Positions 1 to 13,982 of a stretch of 64,000 bases of DNA are shown here, piece after piece; position 1 is the stretch's first letter, and every line of letters starts with the position of its first letter. A model generated the notes under the pieces. The model had not been told where the DNA came from, ran no database searches, and saw only the letters and a program-made list of their open reading frames with translations. Made by a program: the position numbers and the translations under genes. The DNA is from Betaproteobacteria bacterium (GTDB lineage Bacteria; Pseudomonadota; Gammaproteobacteria; Burkholderiales; Ferrovaceae). The stretch is from positions 11,288-75,287 of the forward strand of contig JAGWIW010000006.1 in the NCBI GenBank assembly GCA_028866015.1, written 5' to 3'.

Positions 1-3000
1 GCAGCACGGAATCCTTTTCGCCCAGGTGATTGACCTTGACCTTGCCGTGACTGTCCAGGTTGCCGCGTGATTCTTCCGAAGCAGAGTCTTCTTCCGGTAC
101 CGGTTCGAGTTCGACCATGGCCAGGTTGCAGCGCCGCTCAAAGTCACCAGCCTCGTCCAGCACATAGGCCACGCCGCCGCTCATGCCCGCTGCAAAATTG
201 CGGCCTGCTTCGCCGAGGACGACCACGGTGCCGCCCGTCATGTATTCGCAGCCGTGATCGCCGACACCTTCCACAACAGCCGTGGCGCCGGAGTTGCGAA
301 CGGCAAAACGTTCGCCGGCCACGCCACGGAAGTAGCATTCGCCGCTGATGGCACCGTACAGCACGGTGTTGCCGACAATGATGTTCTCTTCAGCCTTGAT
401 CGGGCAGGCGGGCGAGGGATAAATGGCGATGCGGCCACCGGAAAGACCCTTGCCCACATAATCGTTGGCTTCACCTTCCAGCTCCAGGGTGATGCCATGG
501 GCGAGGAACGCGCCGAAGCTTTGTCCTGCAGTGCCATGGGTCCGGATCACGATGGTATCGTCCGGCAGACCGGCATGTCCGTAGCGGCGCGCCACCTCAC
601 CGGAGAGCATGGCGCCAAACGTGCGGTTGACGTTGCGCACAGGGATTTCGATGGTGACCGGCTGGCGCTGTTCAAGCGCAGGCTTGGCCTGGGCAATCAG
701 GGTATGGTCCAGCGCCTGGCCGAGGCCGTGATCCTGACGCTCCTTCCAGGAGCGGGCCACTTCCGACGGCATGTCGGGGCTGTGGAAAATTCGGGAGAAA
801 TCCAGGCCGCAGGCTTTCCAGTGGGAAATGCCTTGCCTCATGTCCAGCATGTCCACCCGTCCGACCATTTCGTCGAAGGTGCGGAAGCCCATTTGCGCCA
901 TGTATTCGCGAACTTCCTCGGCGACAAAGAAGAAATAGTTGATGACGTGTTCCGGCTGGCCGTTGAATTTCCGGGTCAGTTCCGGGTCCTGGGTGGCAAT
1001 GCCCACCGGGCAGGTGTTGAGGTGGCATTTGCGCATCATGATGCAGCCTTCCACCACCAGCGGCGCTGTGGCAAACCCGAATTCGTCGGCGCCCAGGAGG
1101 GCCGCCACGACCACGTCCCGGCCGGTTTTCATCTGGCCATCGGCCTGCACGCAGATCCGTCCGCGCAGACGGTTGAGCACCAGCGTTTGCTGGGTTTCGG
1201 CCAGTCCCAGCTCCCAGGGTGAGCCGGCGTACTTGATGGACGATAGCGGCGATGCGCCCGTTCCACCGTCGTGGCCGGAAATCGTGACATGGTCCGCATG
1301 GGCCTTGGAAACGCCGGCAGCCACGGTACCCACGCCCACCTCGGAAACCAGCTTCACGCTGACGCGGGCCTTGGGGTTCACGTTTTTCAGGTCGTGAATG
1401 AGCTGTGCCAGATCCTCAATGGAATAGATGTCGTGGTGCGGCGGGGGCGAAATCAGTCCTACGCCGGGCACGGAATGGCGCAGCTTGCCGATGTACTTGC
1501 TCACCTTGTGTCCAGGGAGCTGACCGCCTTCGCCCGGCTTGGCACCCTGAGCCATTTTGATCTGGATGTCGTCGGCGTTGACCAGATACTCCGCAGTGAC
1601 CCCGAAGCGTCCCGAAGCCACCTGCTTGATGGAAGAGCGCATGGAGTCGCCGTTGGGCAACGGCTTGAAGCGCTGCGGATCCTCTCCTCCTTCCCCGGTG
1701 TTGGATTTGCCACCGATGCGGTTCATGGCAATGGCCAGCGTGCTGTGCGCTTCGTGGGAAATGGATCCCAGGGACATGGCGCCCGTGGCGAAACGCTTCA
1801 CAATCGACTGGGCGGGCTCGACTTCGGAAAGGGGGACCGGCTGTGATGCCGACCTGAGCTCGAACAGGCCGCGCAGGGTCATGTGGCGCTGGGACTGGTC
1901 GTTGATGGCCTTTGCGTATTCGCGGTACGTGCTGTAGCTGCCGGTGCGCGTGGCATGCTGCAGCTTGGAAATGCTTTCCGGGGTCCACATGTGGGCTTCG
2001 CCGCGGATGCGATAGGCATATTCGCCACCCGCATCCAGATGCTCCCGGTACAGGGGTGCATCGGAGAATGCCAGCGTGTGCAGGCGCAGGGCTTCTTCAG
2101 CCACCTGTTCCAGGCCAATGCCTTCCACCGTGCTGGCCGTGCCCGTGAAATAGCGTGCGACGAAAGCGGAGTTGAGGCCAACCGCTTCGAAAATCTGGGC
2201 GCCGCAGTAGGACTGGTAAGTGGAAATGCCCATTTTGGACATGACCTTGAGCAATCCCTTGGATACGGCCTTGATGTATCGCTTGCACGCGTCCTTCACG
2301 TCCAGGTCGTGCGGCAGGTAATGCCCCATCTGGGCCAGTGTTTCATAGGCCAGGTAGGGGTGCACGGCTTCGGCACCGTAGCCGGCCAGCAGGGCGAAGT
2401 GGTGCACTTCGCGCGCGGAACCGGTTTCCACCACCAGTCCGGTGTTGGTCCGCAGGCCGTTGCGCACCAGGTGGTGGTGAACGGCGGCGGTGGCCAGCAG
2501 CGCCGGAATGGCAATGCGGGACGAACTCAAATCGCGGTCGGACAGGATGAGGATGTTGCTGCCCTTTTGCACGGCGTCCAGGGCAGACTGGCACAAGGCG
2601 TCCAGGGCAGATCCCATGCCGGCTGCCCCCTGCGCCACCGGATAACAGATGGACAGGGTCACGGAACGGAACTGGCCGTGGGTGGGGCCTTCAATCGCCC
2701 GGATTTTTTCCATGTCCTCCGAGGTCAGCACGGGCTGGCTGGCTTCCAGCCTCGGCTGGGGTTGCTGGGCATCCACCGCCAACAGGTTGGGTCGGGGTCC
2801 GATGAAAGAAACCAGCGACATCACCAGCTCTTCGCGGATGGGGTCGATGGGAGGGTTGGTCACCTGCGCAAACAGCTGCTTGAAGTACTGGTACAGTGAC
2901 TTTGGACGGTTGGACAGCACGGCAAGCGGTGCGTCGTCGCCCATGGAACCCACCGCTTCCTGGCCACTGGAGGCCATGGGGGCCAGCAGGAACTTGAGCT

Positions 3001-4438
3001 CCTCTTCAGTCACGCCAAAGGCCTGCTGGCGGTCCAGCAAGGGGGCTGCAGGTTGTGCCGGGTCGGCGGCCACGTCCGGCAGCTCTTCCACTCGGGTCTG
3101 CGTGCTGGCCAGCCACTGGCGGTAGGGCTGCTGCTTGGAAAGCTGCTGCTTCAGCTCCAGGTCGCTCACGATCCGTCCTTCTTCCAGATCAATCAGCAAC
3201 ATTTTTCCGGGCTGAAGACGCCATTTCTTGACGATTTTTTCCTGGGGAATGTCGAGAACCCCCATTTCCGACGCCATCAGTACCAGGTCATCGCTGGTCT
3301 GGAGGTAACGGGCCGGGCGCAGGCCGTTGCGGTCGAGGGTGGCGCCAATTTGGCGGCCATCCGTGAAAGCCACAGCGGCAGGGCCGTCCCAGGGTTCCAT
3401 CAGGGCGGCATGGTACTCATAGTAGGCACGGCGCTCTTCATCCATCAGGGGGTTGCCGGCCCAGGCTTCGGGAATCAGCATCGTCATGGCCTGGACTAGG
3501 GGGTAGCCCCCGGCCACCAGGAGTTCCAGGGCGTTGTCGAAACAGGCGGAATCCGACTGGCCTTCCACGATCAGTGGCCAGATCTTGCCGAGATCGTCGC
3601 CCAGCAGGGTGGAGGCCATGGAACCGCGCCGGGCGGCCATCCAGTTGACGTTGCCGCGCAGGGTGTTGATTTCGCCGTTATGGGCGATCATGCGGAAAGG
3701 ATGGGCCAGGTCCCAGGTCGGGAAAGTGTTGGTGGAAAACCGCTGGTGAACCAGGGCCAGCGCTGAAACCAGGGCCGGATCCTGCAGGTCTCGATAGAAA
3801 TGACCCACCTGGTCGGCCAGCAGCATGCCTTTGTAAACCAGGGTGCGTGAGGACAGGGAAGGCAAATAAAACCATTTGCGATCAATGCCTTTTTGCGCCA
3901 CCGCATGTTCGGCGCGCTTGCGCAGCACGAACAGCTTGCGTTCGAAGACGTTGCGGTCGGTAGTGGCTGGGCCGCGGGCCAGGAAAATTTGACGGATGAC
4001 CGGTTCCACCTGCTTGACGCTTTCACCCAGGCCGCTGTTGTCCGTGGGGACATCGCGCCAGCCCAGGACCACCTGCCCTTCCTCGCGCGCGCATTGTTCG
4101 AGCAGGGATTCGCAGACGGTCCGGTCTGCCGCATCCTGCGGCAGGAACACCATGCCAACGGCGTATTCGCCCAGCGGCGGGAGCTGGAAACCCAGTGCAG
4201 CCACTTCCTTGCGCAGGAAGGCATCGGGCATCTGAATGAGGATGCCGGCGCCATCACCGGCCAGCGGATCGGCTCCGGTGGCACCCCGGTGCGTCAGGTT
4301 TTCGAGAATCTGGAGGCCTTGCCGCACGATGTCATGGCTTTGCACACCTTTGATATGGGCCACAAAACCGACGCCGCAGGCGTCATGTTCGAGTGCAGGG
4401 TCATACAGGCCCTGGCGGGGCGGTGTAGGGTGATTCAA
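1..4438 (-). CDS. gltB: glutamate synthase large subunit (GOGAT alpha chain); the 3-prime end runs off the window
   Basis: Absent from the ORF track because the frame stays open to position 1. My own minus-strand translation from TTG 4438 (GAGG 7 nt upstream) gives [31 protein letters not shown] (Ntn amidotransferase Cys), later [33 protein letters not shown] (FMN domain), and [17 protein letters not shown] near position 250 (C-terminal domain). Confidence 0.9.
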   Translation of the reverse strand, partial: MNHPTPPRQGLYDPALEHDACGVGFVAHIKGVQSHDIVRQGLQILENLTHRGATGADPLAGDGAGILIQMPDAFLRKEVAALGFQLPPLGEYAVGMVFLPQDAADRTVCESLLEQCAREEGQVVLGWRDVPTDNSGLGESVKQVEPVIRQIFLARGPATTDRNVFERKLFVLRKRAEHAVAQKGIDRKWFYLPSLSSRTLVYKGMLLADQVGHFYRDLQDPALVSALALVHQRFSTNTFPTWDLAHPFRMIAHNGEINTLRGNVNWMAARRGSMASTLLGDDLGKIWPLIVEGQSDSACFDNALELLVAGGYPLVQAMTMLIPEAWAGNPLMDEERRAYYEYHAALMEPWDGPAAVAFTDGRQIGATLDRNGLRPARYLQTSDDLVLMASEMGVLDIPQEKIVKKWRLQPGKMLLIDLEEGRIVSDLELKQQLSKQQPYRQWLASTQTRVEELPDVAADPAQPAAPLLDRQQAFGVTEEELKFLLAPMASSGQEAVGSMGDDAPLAVLSNRPKSLYQYFKQLFAQVTNPPIDPIREELVMSLVSFIGPRPNLLAVDAQQPQPRLEASQPVLTSEDMEKIRAIEGPTHGQFRSVTLSICYPVAQGAAGMGSALDALCQSALDAVQKGSNILILSDRDLSSSRIAIPALLATAAVHHHLVRNGLRTNTGLVVETGSAREVHHFALLAGYGAEAVHPYLAYETLAQMGHYLPHDLDVKDACKRYIKAVSKGLLKVMSKMGISTYQSYCGAQIFEAVGLNSAFVARYFTGTASTVEGIGLEQVAEEALRLHTLAFSDAPLYREHLDAGGEYAYRIRGEAHMWTPESISKLQHATRTGSYSTYREYAKAINDQSQRHMTLRGLFELRSASQPVPLSEVEPAQSIVKRFATGAMSLGSISHEAHSTLAIAMNRIGGKSNTGEGGEDPQRFKPLPNGDSMRSSIKQVASGRFGVTAEYLVNADDIQIKMAQGAKPGEGGQLPGHKVSKYIGKLRHSVPGVGLISPPPHHDIYSIEDLAQLIHDLKNVNPKARVSVKLVSEVGVGTVAAGVSKAHADHVTISGHDGGTGASPLSSIKYAGSPWELGLAETQQTLVLNRLRGRICVQADGQMKTGRDVVVAALLGADEFGFATAPLVVEGCIMMRKCHLNTCPVGIATQDPELTRKFNGQPEHVINYFFFVAEEVREYMAQMGFRTFDEMVGRVDMLDMRQGISHWKACGLDFSRIFHSPDMPSEVARSWKERQDHGLGQALDHTLIAQAKPALEQRQPVTIEIPVRNVNRTFGAMLSGEVARRYGHAGLPDDTIVIRTHGTAGQSFGAFLAHGITLELEGEANDYVGKGLSGGRIAIYPSPACPIKAEENIIVGNTVLYGAISGECYFRGVAGERFAVRNSGATAVVEGVGDHGCEYMTGGTVVVLGEAGRNFAAGMSGGVAYVLDEAGDFERRCNLAMVELEPVPEEDSASEESRGNLDSHGKVKVNHLGEKDSVL

Positions 4439-4566
4439 TCGAGTAACCTCGCGTTTCAAATGATCAAGTGCAAGGGAGCGCCGGAGTCAAACCGCAGGCA
4501 AAGGCAGGACTGGTTGTGTACGCACCGGGCATAGGATGATACAGCCATCCCCATGACGGGGCAAGA

Positions 4567-5685
4567 TTAGCGCGGCAGTTCGTCAGGGCTGCCGATGAAG
4601 CGTCCGGTATCCCGTGAAAGTTCGGCAAGCACCGCTTCCTGCGGCACGTCCCTTGTCAGGATGGCTTCACCCAGGTGCTTGAGCAGGACGAAACGCAATT
4701 TTCCGGCTTCTACTTTCTTGTCGGACGCCATCAGCTCCAGGTAGCGCTCCGGTCCAAAGTCGGGTGCGCGCAGCGGCAGGCCGGCGCGCGTCATCAGCCG
4801 CTCGATGCGGTCCAGCTCTGCGGCACTGATCCATCCCAGCCGGCTTGAAAGGGCTGCGGCAATCAAGGTGCCGGCAGCCACGGCCTCTCCGTGCAGCCAG
4901 GCGCCGTATCCCGCACCGGCCTCGATGGCATGCCCGAAAGTGTGGCCCAGGTTGAGCAGGGCGCGCAGGCCCGTGGTTTCGAATTCGTCCTGGGCCACCA
5001 CTTCCGCCTTGTTGCGACAGGCATCGAAGATGGCCTGGGCCAGAACGTCCGGCTCGCGTGCCATGAGCGCTTCCAGGTGGTCATCCAGCCAGCCGAGAAA
5101 AGGCAGGTCGCGGATCAGGCCGTATTTGATCACTTCCGCCACACCGGCTCTGAACTCGCGCGGCGGCAACGTGTCGAGCGTGCGGGTGTCGGCCAGTACC
5201 AGTCGTGGCTGGTGGAACGAACCGATCAGGTTTTTTCCGAGCGGATGGTTGATGCCCGTCTTTCCCCCAACCGACGAGTCCACCTGGGCAAGCAACGTGG
5301 TGGGAATCTGGATCAACGGCACGCCGCGCAGGAAGGTGGCGGCAGCAAAGCCGGCCAGGTCGCCGATGACGCCGCCGCCCAGCGCCATGACCGTGGTTTT
5401 TCGCTCGCAGTGGTGTGCCAGCAGCGCATCGTGGATGTGGTGAAGGGTTTCGCGCGTTTTATAGGCTTCGCCATCCGGCAGCGTGATGGCAAAGGAACGG
5501 ACATCTGCTTGCGCCAGTGCCTGTTGCAGGGGTTCCAGATAGAGCGGGGCGACCGTGGTGTTGGTGACAATGGCCACGTCCCGCTGTTGCAGATGGGGCA
5601 GGATCAGTTCCGGGCGGGTCAGCAGACCTGCGCCGATGTGGATGGGGTAAGGGGCGCCTGCCAGGTCAACGTTCAGGGTCTTCAT
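4567..5685 (-). CDS. aroB: 3-dehydroquinate synthase
   Basis: 372 aa. Contains the motifs [47 protein letters not shown] and [12 protein letters not shown]. Its start overlaps the aroK stop (ATGA). Confidence 0.93.
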   Translation of the reverse strand: MKTLNVDLAGAPYPIHIGAGLLTRPELILPHLQQRDVAIVTNTTVAPLYLEPLQQALAQADVRSFAITLPDGEAYKTRETLHHIHDALLAHHCERKTTVMALGGGVIGDLAGFAAATFLRGVPLIQIPTTLLAQVDSSVGGKTGINHPLGKNLIGSFHQPRLVLADTRTLDTLPPREFRAGVAEVIKYGLIRDLPFLGWLDDHLEALMAREPDVLAQAIFDACRNKAEVVAQDEFETTGLRALLNLGHTFGHAIEAGAGYGAWLHGEAVAAGTLIAAALSSRLGWISAAELDRIERLMTRAGLPLRAPDFGPERYLELMASDKKVEAGKLRFVLLKHLGEAILTRDVPQEAVLAELSRDTGRFIGSPDELPR

Positions 5686-6209
5686 TCGTGTCTTTGCTGT
5701 TCGATTTCAGCTTCAAGTTGGGCCACCAGCTTCTGAACGCTTTGATGTGCCGTGTCGATGATGATGTGAGCCACTTCCCGGTACAGGGGATCGCGCTGCT
5801 CGTAGAGTTGTTGCAGGCGGGCTTTGGGGTCCTCCGTTTGCAGCAGGGGCCGGTTGCGGTCATGGCGGGTGCGCTGCCACAGGTCCTCGGCGCAGGCCCG
5901 CAGGTAAACCACGGTGCCATGTTGCCGCAAGCGCAGGCGGGTTTTGGGGCTCAGCACGGCCCCGCCGCCCGTGGCCAGCACAATGCCCTGGCGGGTGACG
6001 AGCTGGGCAATCATGTCTTCTTCACGGGCACGAAAACCCGCTTCGCCTTCCAGTTCAAAAATGGTGGCAATGCGAACACCGGTCCGGGTTTCGATTTCGT
6101 GGTCGGAATCCACGAAGGCCAGGTGCAACCGTCGGGCCAGGGCGCGCCCCACTGTCGTTTTGCCTGCACCCATCAATCCCACCAGGAAAAAATTCCGCTC
6201 CGCATTCAT
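5682..6209 (-). CDS. aroK: shikimate kinase
   Basis: Trimmed to the ATG at 6209 ([25 protein letters not shown], Walker A). The upstream part of track ORF 5682..6317 has no kinase-like sequence. Confidence 0.88.
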   Translation of the reverse strand: MNAERNFFLVGLMGAGKTTVGRALARRLHLAFVDSDHEIETRTGVRIATIFELEGEAGFRAREEDMIAQLVTRQGIVLATGGGAVLSPKTRLRLRQHGTVVYLRACAEDLWQRTRHDRNRPLLQTEDPKARLQQLYEQRDPLYREVAHIIIDTAHQSVQKLVAQLEAEIEQQRHE

Positions 6210-6280
6210 CCCCCCATTGTAGCCGACTGACCCCTTATAATGCGGGTCATCCCCTAATTCCGACCTTATTCCACACATCC

Positions 6281-8533
6281 ATGCGAAGACTTCTGTATCC
6301 GCTGGCAGCCCTTGCAACCCTGGCCCTGGTGGGAGCCGGCATTCTCGTGCTGGCGTTTGCGCTCATCTACCCCCATCTGCCCAGCCTGGAGTCCATGACG
6401 GATTATCGACCCAAGGTGCCATTGCGGATCTTCACGGCCGATGATCAGCTGATTGGCGAATTCGGAGAAGAGCGGCGGGCTGTCCTGAAGCTGCAGGCAG
6501 TGCCATTGCGCATGAGGCAGGCCATCCTGGCCGCCGAGGACGACCGTTTTTACCAGCATGGCGCGGTGGACTACCAGGGTGTGGCCCGGGCGTTTCTGGC
6601 CAACCTTTTTTCTGCCCGGGTGAAGGAAGGGGCCAGCACCATCACCATGCAAGTGGCCCGGAACTTTTTCCTCAGCAATGAAAAAACCTTTTCGCGAAAA
6701 CTTTCAGAGGTCCTTCTGGCTTTCAAAATTGAAAGCAACCTGACCAAGGACCAGATCCTGGAGCTCTACATCAACCAGATCTACCTGGGTCAGCGGGCCT
6801 ACGGTTTCGGTGCCGCCGCCTACGTTTACTACGGCCGGCCGCTGGATCAGCTGAGCGTTGCAGAAATGGCCATGCTGGCCGGACTCCCCAAGGCCCCTTC
6901 GCGCTACAACCCCATCATCAATCCCAAGCGGGCAGCCCTGCGGCAGCAATATGTCCTGCGGCGCATGCACGAGCTCAAGTACATCAGCGACACCGAGTAT
7001 GAACAGGCGCTGCGTAACCCGGGCCGGGTGGAGCCGTTCCATGCGGGCTTCACCCTGAAGGCGGACTACGTGGCGGAAATGACTCGCCAGTACATGGTCC
7101 AGGCTTACGGCGAGGAGGTTTACAACAAGGGCTACAAGGTGGTTACCACGCTCCTCAAGGCGGACCAGGATGCGGCCTACCGGGCCGTGCGCCAGGGCGT
7201 GCTGGATTACGATCACCGTCACGGCTACCGCGGCCCTGAAGACTTTTCAGAATTGCCTACGCCTGAAGCGAGCGAAGCCGACCTTGAGGATGCCTTGTCC
7301 GATTCGGATGTCAGTGATGACCTGTATCCCGGAGTGGTGGTTCAGGCCTCCGAAAAGGAAGTGAAGGTGTACGTCAAGATGATCGGCATGGTCGACATCA
7401 AGGGCGAGGGGCTTGTGTTTGCAAAATCAGGGCTTGCCCCCAATGCCTCAGCCAACAAGAAAATCAGGCGCGGTTCCATCATCCGCGTCAGTCGCATGGC
7501 CAAAGGGGGATGGGAAATCACCCAGTATCCCGACGTGGAGGCAGCCCTGGTGTCCCTGGACAGTCATGACGGGGCAGTCCGTGCGCTGGTGGGTGGATTC
7601 GACTTCAACCAGAGCAAATTCAACCATGTGACCCAGGCCTTCCGCCAACCGGGCTCCAGTTTCAAGCCGTTCATCTATTCTGCCGCTCTTGAAAAGGGCT
7701 ATACGCCGGCAAGCCTGGTCAACGATACGCCCATCAGCATCGTGGATCCTACCTTGAACAATGGAAAACCCTGGGAGCCGCACAATTACGAAAACGAATA
7801 TGAGGGTCCCATGCGTTTGCGCGTGGCGCTGGCCAAGTCCAAGAACATGGTGGCCATTCGGCTGTTGCAGGCCATCGGCCCTGGTTACGCGCATGACTTT
7901 GCCATGCGTTTTGGATTCGATCCCGAAAAGCATCCCCCCTATCTCAGCATGGCCCTGGGCTCCGGCCTGGCCAGTCCGCTCCAGATGGCAGCCGCCTATG
8001 CAATCTTTGCCAACGGCGGTTACCGGGTCAAACCGTATTACATCGACCGCATTCTGGACAGCAAAGGCAACGTCATCAGCAAAAGCCATCCGGTGGCTGC
8101 AGGGGAAGGTGCGGAAGCCGTGATCGATCCCCGCAATGCGTTCATCATGACCAGCATGATGAAAGACGTCATCCGCATGGGGACCGCAACCCGGGCGCAG
8201 AGCCTGGGGCGTGGCGACCTGGCCGGAAAGACCGGAACCACAAACGATCACGTGGACGCCTGGTTCTCCGGATTCCAGCCCAGCCTGGTGGCCGTGGCCT
8301 GGGTTGGCTTCGACAAGCCTGCTTCGTTGGGGGCCAATGAAACCGGAGCCCAGGCGGCGTTGCCGATCTGGATATCGTACATGGGCCAGGCATTGAAAAC
8401 GATTCCCGAAAGCCCGGTGGTCGTTCCCCCTGGAGTGAATCTGGTCAGCATCGACCCGACCACGGGAAAACCCGACAACGGTCCCGGTCACATCGACGAG
8501 TATTTTTATTCCCAGCCTGTCCCAGTCAACTGA
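6281..8533 (+). CDS. mrcA: penicillin-binding protein 1A (bifunctional transglycosylase/transpeptidase)
   Basis: 750 aa. It has an N-terminal TM segment, glycosyltransferase motifs ([28 protein letters not shown]) and transpeptidase motifs (SSFKPF, KTGTTND). Confidence 0.93.
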   Translation: MRRLLYPLAALATLALVGAGILVLAFALIYPHLPSLESMTDYRPKVPLRIFTADDQLIGEFGEERRAVLKLQAVPLRMRQAILAAEDDRFYQHGAVDYQGVARAFLANLFSARVKEGASTITMQVARNFFLSNEKTFSRKLSEVLLAFKIESNLTKDQILELYINQIYLGQRAYGFGAAAYVYYGRPLDQLSVAEMAMLAGLPKAPSRYNPIINPKRAALRQQYVLRRMHELKYISDTEYEQALRNPGRVEPFHAGFTLKADYVAEMTRQYMVQAYGEEVYNKGYKVVTTLLKADQDAAYRAVRQGVLDYDHRHGYRGPEDFSELPTPEASEADLEDALSDSDVSDDLYPGVVVQASEKEVKVYVKMIGMVDIKGEGLVFAKSGLAPNASANKKIRRGSIIRVSRMAKGGWEITQYPDVEAALVSLDSHDGAVRALVGGFDFNQSKFNHVTQAFRQPGSSFKPFIYSAALEKGYTPASLVNDTPISIVDPTLNNGKPWEPHNYENEYEGPMRLRVALAKSKNMVAIRLLQAIGPGYAHDFAMRFGFDPEKHPPYLSMALGSGLASPLQMAAAYAIFANGGYRVKPYYIDRILDSKGNVISKSHPVAAGEGAEAVIDPRNAFIMTSMMKDVIRMGTATRAQSLGRGDLAGKTGTTNDHVDAWFSGFQPSLVAVAWVGFDKPASLGANETGAQAALPIWISYMGQALKTIPESPVVVPPGVNLVSIDPTTGKPDNGPGHIDEYFYSQPVPVN

Positions 8534-8547
8534 CGCCAGGAGAGCCC

Positions 8548-10324
<1,777 letters not shown>

Positions 10325-10326
10325 GC

Positions 10327-10926
10327 TCAGGCTTGCGGCTCATACAGGCGGGCAATGGCCGCTTCCGCCGCCTCGAGGCCTTCCCGCGTTGTGCTAGAAA
10401 ACGCAATAATTTCAATTGGTTGCTGAACGTCAGCGAGGGCGCTGCGAACTTCGCGCACAGCCTGGATCCTGGCGCCACGCCCCAGCTTGTCGCATTTTGT
10501 CAGCAGGATGACGGCCGGTTTGCCGCTGGGCAGGTACCATTCCAGCAGTTGCTGGTCCAGATCCGTAAGGGGGTGGCGGATGTCCATGAGTACCACCAAC
10601 CCCCGCAAGGACTGGCGATGCATCAGGTAGTCGGAAAGCAGCTGTTGCCAGTGCCGTTTGACGGCAAGCGGCACTTCGGCGTACCCGTATCCGGGCAAAT
10701 CCACGAGGTAGCGGTGCTCACCCAGGCTGAAATAATTGATGTGCTGGGTTCTGCCTGGGGTCTTGCTGGTGAATGCCAGCCGGGAGCGATTGGTCAACGT
10801 ATTGATTGCACTGGATTTTCCAGCGTTTGATCGGCCCGCGAAGGCCACTTCCACCACGCTATCGGGTGGCAGCCCGGCCCAGTCATTGACTGTGATAAAA
10901 AAGCTGGCCTGTTGGAAAAATGCCAT
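10327..10926 (-). CDS. engB: ribosome biogenesis GTPase YihA/YsxC
   Basis: 199 aa. G1 motif GRSNAGKSSAINTL, DLPGYGYA and LTKCDKL. Confidence 0.9.
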   Translation of the reverse strand: MAFFQQASFFITVNDWAGLPPDSVVEVAFAGRSNAGKSSAINTLTNRSRLAFTSKTPGRTQHINYFSLGEHRYLVDLPGYGYAEVPLAVKRHWQQLLSDYLMHRQSLRGLVVLMDIRHPLTDLDQQLLEWYLPSGKPAVILLTKCDKLGRGARIQAVREVRSALADVQQPIEIIAFSSTTREGLEAAEAAIARLYEPQA

Positions 10927-10932
10927 GGCCGT

Positions 10933-12216
10933 TCAGCCAATGCGGCTGAAAACCGATTCAGCCGCCTCCAGTGTTTGTTCCAGTTCACGAGTGCCGTGCA
11001 CCGAAGAAACGAAGCCCGCCTCAAAAGCCGAAGGGGCCAGATAGATGCCCGAGTCCAGCATGCCATGGAAAAACCGCTTGAAGCGATCCTTGTCCGAGGT
11101 CATGACCTCGGACAGGTTGGACGGCAGGGTCTCGCGGAAATAAATGCCGAACATGCCGCCCAGGGAGCAGACCGTGACCGGGAAACCATGGTGCCGTCCA
11201 ATTTCTGCGATGCCTTCCGTTACCGCGCGAGTCATTTCCCCCAGGCGTTCGTAAAGGCCGCTGGCCATGGCCAGCCGCAGGGTTGCAAGGCCTGCGGTCA
11301 CGGCCACCGGATTTCCGGAAAGGGTCCCTGCCTGGTATACCGGCCCCAGGGGGGCCAGCTGCTGCATCAAATCCCGTCGCCCGCCGAATGCGGCCAGGGG
11401 CATGCCGCCGCCAATCACCTTGCCCAGCGTGGTGAGATCGGGGGTGATGCCGTAGATGGCCTGGGCCCCTCCCAGGGCCACGCGGAACCCGGACATGACC
11501 TCGTCGAAAATCAACAGGGCGCCATGGGCTTTGGTGAGTGCTCTCAAGCGCGCCAAAAACTCCGGACGCGGCAAGACCATGTTCATGTTTCCCGCCACCG
11601 GCTCGACAATGACTGCGGCGATCGACGCTCCCCGCTCGGAAAAGAGGGCATCCAGCTGGGCCACATTGTTGTATTCCAGGACCAGGGTCTGGGCCGCCAG
11701 TTCGGCGGGTACGCCGCCCGAGTCCGGCTGGCCAAAGGTGAGGGCGCCTGAGCCGGCCTTGACCAGCAAGGCATCGCCGTGACCGTGGTAGCACCCGTCA
11801 AATTTGACGATCGTCGTGCGGCCGGTGGCGCCCCGGGCCAGGCGAATGGCGCTCATGGTGGCTTCGGTTCCTGAACTCGTCAGGCGAACCTGTTCCATGG
11901 ACGGCACGAGCTGGCAGATCAGCTCGGCCAGTTCGATTTCAAGTTCAGTGGGCGCTCCAAAGCTCAGCCCTTTCTCGGCCGCCTGCTTGACTGCTTCGAT
12001 CACCGAGGGATGGGCGTGCCCGTGCAGCAGAGGTCCCCAGGAGCAGACGTAATCCACATATTCCTTTCCGTCGGCATCCCAGAAGCGGGGTCCGGCGCCC
12101 CGCGTGAAAAAACGGGGGCTGCCGCCAACAGCCCGGAAAGCGCGGACGGGAGAATTGACACCCCCGGGGATACGGATCTGGGCACGTTCAAACAACTGGT
12201 CGTTACGGCTGGTCAT
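10933..12216 (-). CDS. hemL: glutamate-1-semialdehyde 2,1-aminomutase
   Basis: 427 aa. Contains [29 protein letters not shown] and the PLP-Lys context TLGKVIGGG. The start overlaps the thiE stop (ATGA). Confidence 0.93.
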   Translation of the reverse strand: MTSRNDQLFERAQIRIPGGVNSPVRAFRAVGGSPRFFTRGAGPRFWDADGKEYVDYVCSWGPLLHGHAHPSVIEAVKQAAEKGLSFGAPTELEIELAELICQLVPSMEQVRLTSSGTEATMSAIRLARGATGRTTIVKFDGCYHGHGDALLVKAGSGALTFGQPDSGGVPAELAAQTLVLEYNNVAQLDALFSERGASIAAVIVEPVAGNMNMVLPRPEFLARLRALTKAHGALLIFDEVMSGFRVALGGAQAIYGITPDLTTLGKVIGGGMPLAAFGGRRDLMQQLAPLGPVYQAGTLSGNPVAVTAGLATLRLAMASGLYERLGEMTRAVTEGIAEIGRHHGFPVTVCSLGGMFGIYFRETLPSNLSEVMTSDKDRFKRFFHGMLDSGIYLAPSAFEAGFVSSVHGTRELEQTLEAAESVFSRIG

Positions 12217-12854
12217 GATGTTTTCCCAAAATAGGCATTGAATTCTTGCGCGGCTTTCCTGACGTCCGGCGCGTTGAACAAGGCTGTGATGACAGCCACG
12301 GCATCCACGCCGGTTTCCTGCAGCGCCTCCATGTGCGCCAGAGTGATCCCGCCGATGGCCACCACAGGAATGCGCAGCCGGCGCCTGGCTTCCCCGAGCA
12401 GCGCCAGGGGAGCGCGTACCGCATCCGGTTTGGTATTGGAAGGAAAGACGCTGCCGAAAGCCACGTAGTCCGCTCCCGCGGCTTCGGCTTCCAGGGCGCG
12501 CGGGAGCGAATCGTAACAGGAAACGCCCACTATAAGTGAGCGCTTGCTCTCGTCAGACTCCAGGAATTTTTTTGGACTGTCGTCGCGCCCCAGATGGACG
12601 CCGGCAGCACCGCAGGCCCGGGCGAGCGCCCCATCGTCGTTTGCAATAAAGGTGACGTTCTGGGCCAGGCATTGCGCGGCCAGCGCCCTTGCCTGCTCCA
12701 GCCGCAGCGCGGCAGGCAGGGATTTGGCGCGATACTGCAGCAGGGTCAGGCCACCATCAATGGCTTGCTGCACCAGCGACTGCAGGCGATGGGTGTCGGC
12801 GATGTCCGGGGTGATCGCATACAGGCCCCGGATCGCGCTGCGATCAGTGGACAT
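12213..12854 (-). CDS. thiE: thiamine-phosphate synthase
   Basis: Trimmed to the ATG at 12854 ([17 protein letters not shown]...LLQYRAK...[13 protein letters not shown]...IGGI). It overlaps the thiD 3-prime end by 11 nt. Confidence 0.85.
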   Translation of the reverse strand: MSTDRSAIRGLYAITPDIADTHRLQSLVQQAIDGGLTLLQYRAKSLPAALRLEQARALAAQCLAQNVTFIANDDGALARACGAAGVHLGRDDSPKKFLESDESKRSLIVGVSCYDSLPRALEAEAAGADYVAFGSVFPSNTKPDAVRAPLALLGEARRRLRIPVVAIGGITLAHMEALQETGVDAVAVITALFNAPDVRKAAQEFNAYFGKTS

Positions 12855-13674
12855 CCCCGGCTGGCGGTTCTTCCCGCGCCCAGAACAGGCGATCGGGTAT
12901 GGGCTGGCCCATGCCGAGGCGGAATCCGTCCTTGAGGGTCTGCCAGGTGTATTCCTGGGCTTCGGCCACGGCTTCCGCCATATCCAGGCCTTGGGCCAAG
13001 CTCGCTGCAATGGCTGAACTCAGGGTGCACCCCGAGCCGTGGTAGCTGCCCATCAGGCGCTCCCAGCCATCGGAGCGGATCACGCCTTCGCGCCCGTACA
13101 GGGTATTGATGACCTGGGCCGAGCTGCTGTGCGTGCCGGTGATGAGGACATATTCACAACCGGTTTCCAGTACCAGGCGTGCGGCTTCGGCCAGGTCGGG
13201 GTTTCCTTCCTCGGGCGGCTCGTCGTAGGCAATGCGAAGGATTTCCAGGGTGTTGGGCGTCACGATGGTGGATTGCGGGATGATCAGTTCACGCAAGGCC
13301 GACAGCATGTCCTCCGAAGCCAGCTCGTCACCGCGGCCGCTGGCCAGAACAGGATCGAGCACCAGGGGCACCTCGGGATAGTCGGAAACGATTTCGGCGA
13401 TGGCGGCAATGGCCTCCACGCTGCCCAGGACGCCCAGCTTGAAGACAGCGACCGGGACATCTTCCAGGATGCAGCGCGCCTGGTCTGCCACCCATTCCGC
13501 ATCCAGGGGCAATATGTCCTCGACCCCGGTGGTGTCCTGAATGGTCACGCCGGTGACCACGGAAAGCGGGTGGCAGCCCATGCTGGCCAGGGTGAGCACG
13601 TCAGCCTGCAGTCCCGCCCCTCCGCTAGGGTCGGTTGCGGCAAATACGAGTACGGCAGGCGGGGGAGGCGTCAT
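12844..13674 (-). CDS. thiD: hydroxymethylpyrimidine/phosphomethylpyrimidine kinase
   Basis: 276 aa. Contains DPSGGAGLQADV, VFKLGVLGS, LVLDPVLASG and GSGCTLSSAIAA. Confidence 0.9.
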   Translation of the reverse strand: MTPPPPAVLVFAATDPSGGAGLQADVLTLASMGCHPLSVVTGVTIQDTTGVEDILPLDAEWVADQARCILEDVPVAVFKLGVLGSVEAIAAIAEIVSDYPEVPLVLDPVLASGRGDELASEDMLSALRELIIPQSTIVTPNTLEILRIAYDEPPEEGNPDLAEAARLVLETGCEYVLITGTHSSSAQVINTLYGREGVIRSDGWERLMGSYHGSGCTLSSAIAASLAQGLDMAEAVAEAQEYTWQTLKDGFRLGMGQPIPDRLFWAREEPPAGDVH

Positions 13675-13799
13675 GGATGAAAGTTGCTCTTCAGGGTGTC
13701 AGGTTTTATGATGGCGTGCTGACGGAACCACTAGCGATCGGGGTACGGCTTTACTTGATCGATCAAGGTTTTTCATTTTAACTCAATTCCAGGATCACC

Positions 13800-13982
13800 A
13801 TGGATGCTGCACAGGGCTACAAAACCTACCTCTGCCTGATCTGCGGGTACATTTACGACGAAGAACTGGGCGCACCTGACGATGGCATTGCTCCCGGCAC
13901 CCGATGGGAAGACGTGCCCGTCAACTGGGTTTGCCCTGAATGCGGTGCCCGCAAGGAAGACTTCGAGCTGATCGAAATCTGA
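13800..13982 (+). CDS. rubredoxin
   Basis: 60 aa with two CxxCG knuckles: CLICGYIYDEE...WVCPECGARKEDF. Confidence 0.92.
   Translation: MDAAQGYKTYLCLICGYIYDEELGAPDDGIAPGTRWEDVPVNWVCPECGARKEDFELIEI

Noticed and set aside
13675-13799. Possible TPP riboswitch upstream of thiD; the segment TCTTCAGGGTGTCAGGTT looked THI-box-like.
   Set aside because: The pieces are in the wrong order for either strand, and there is no CUGAGA or GCG.AGGGA element.
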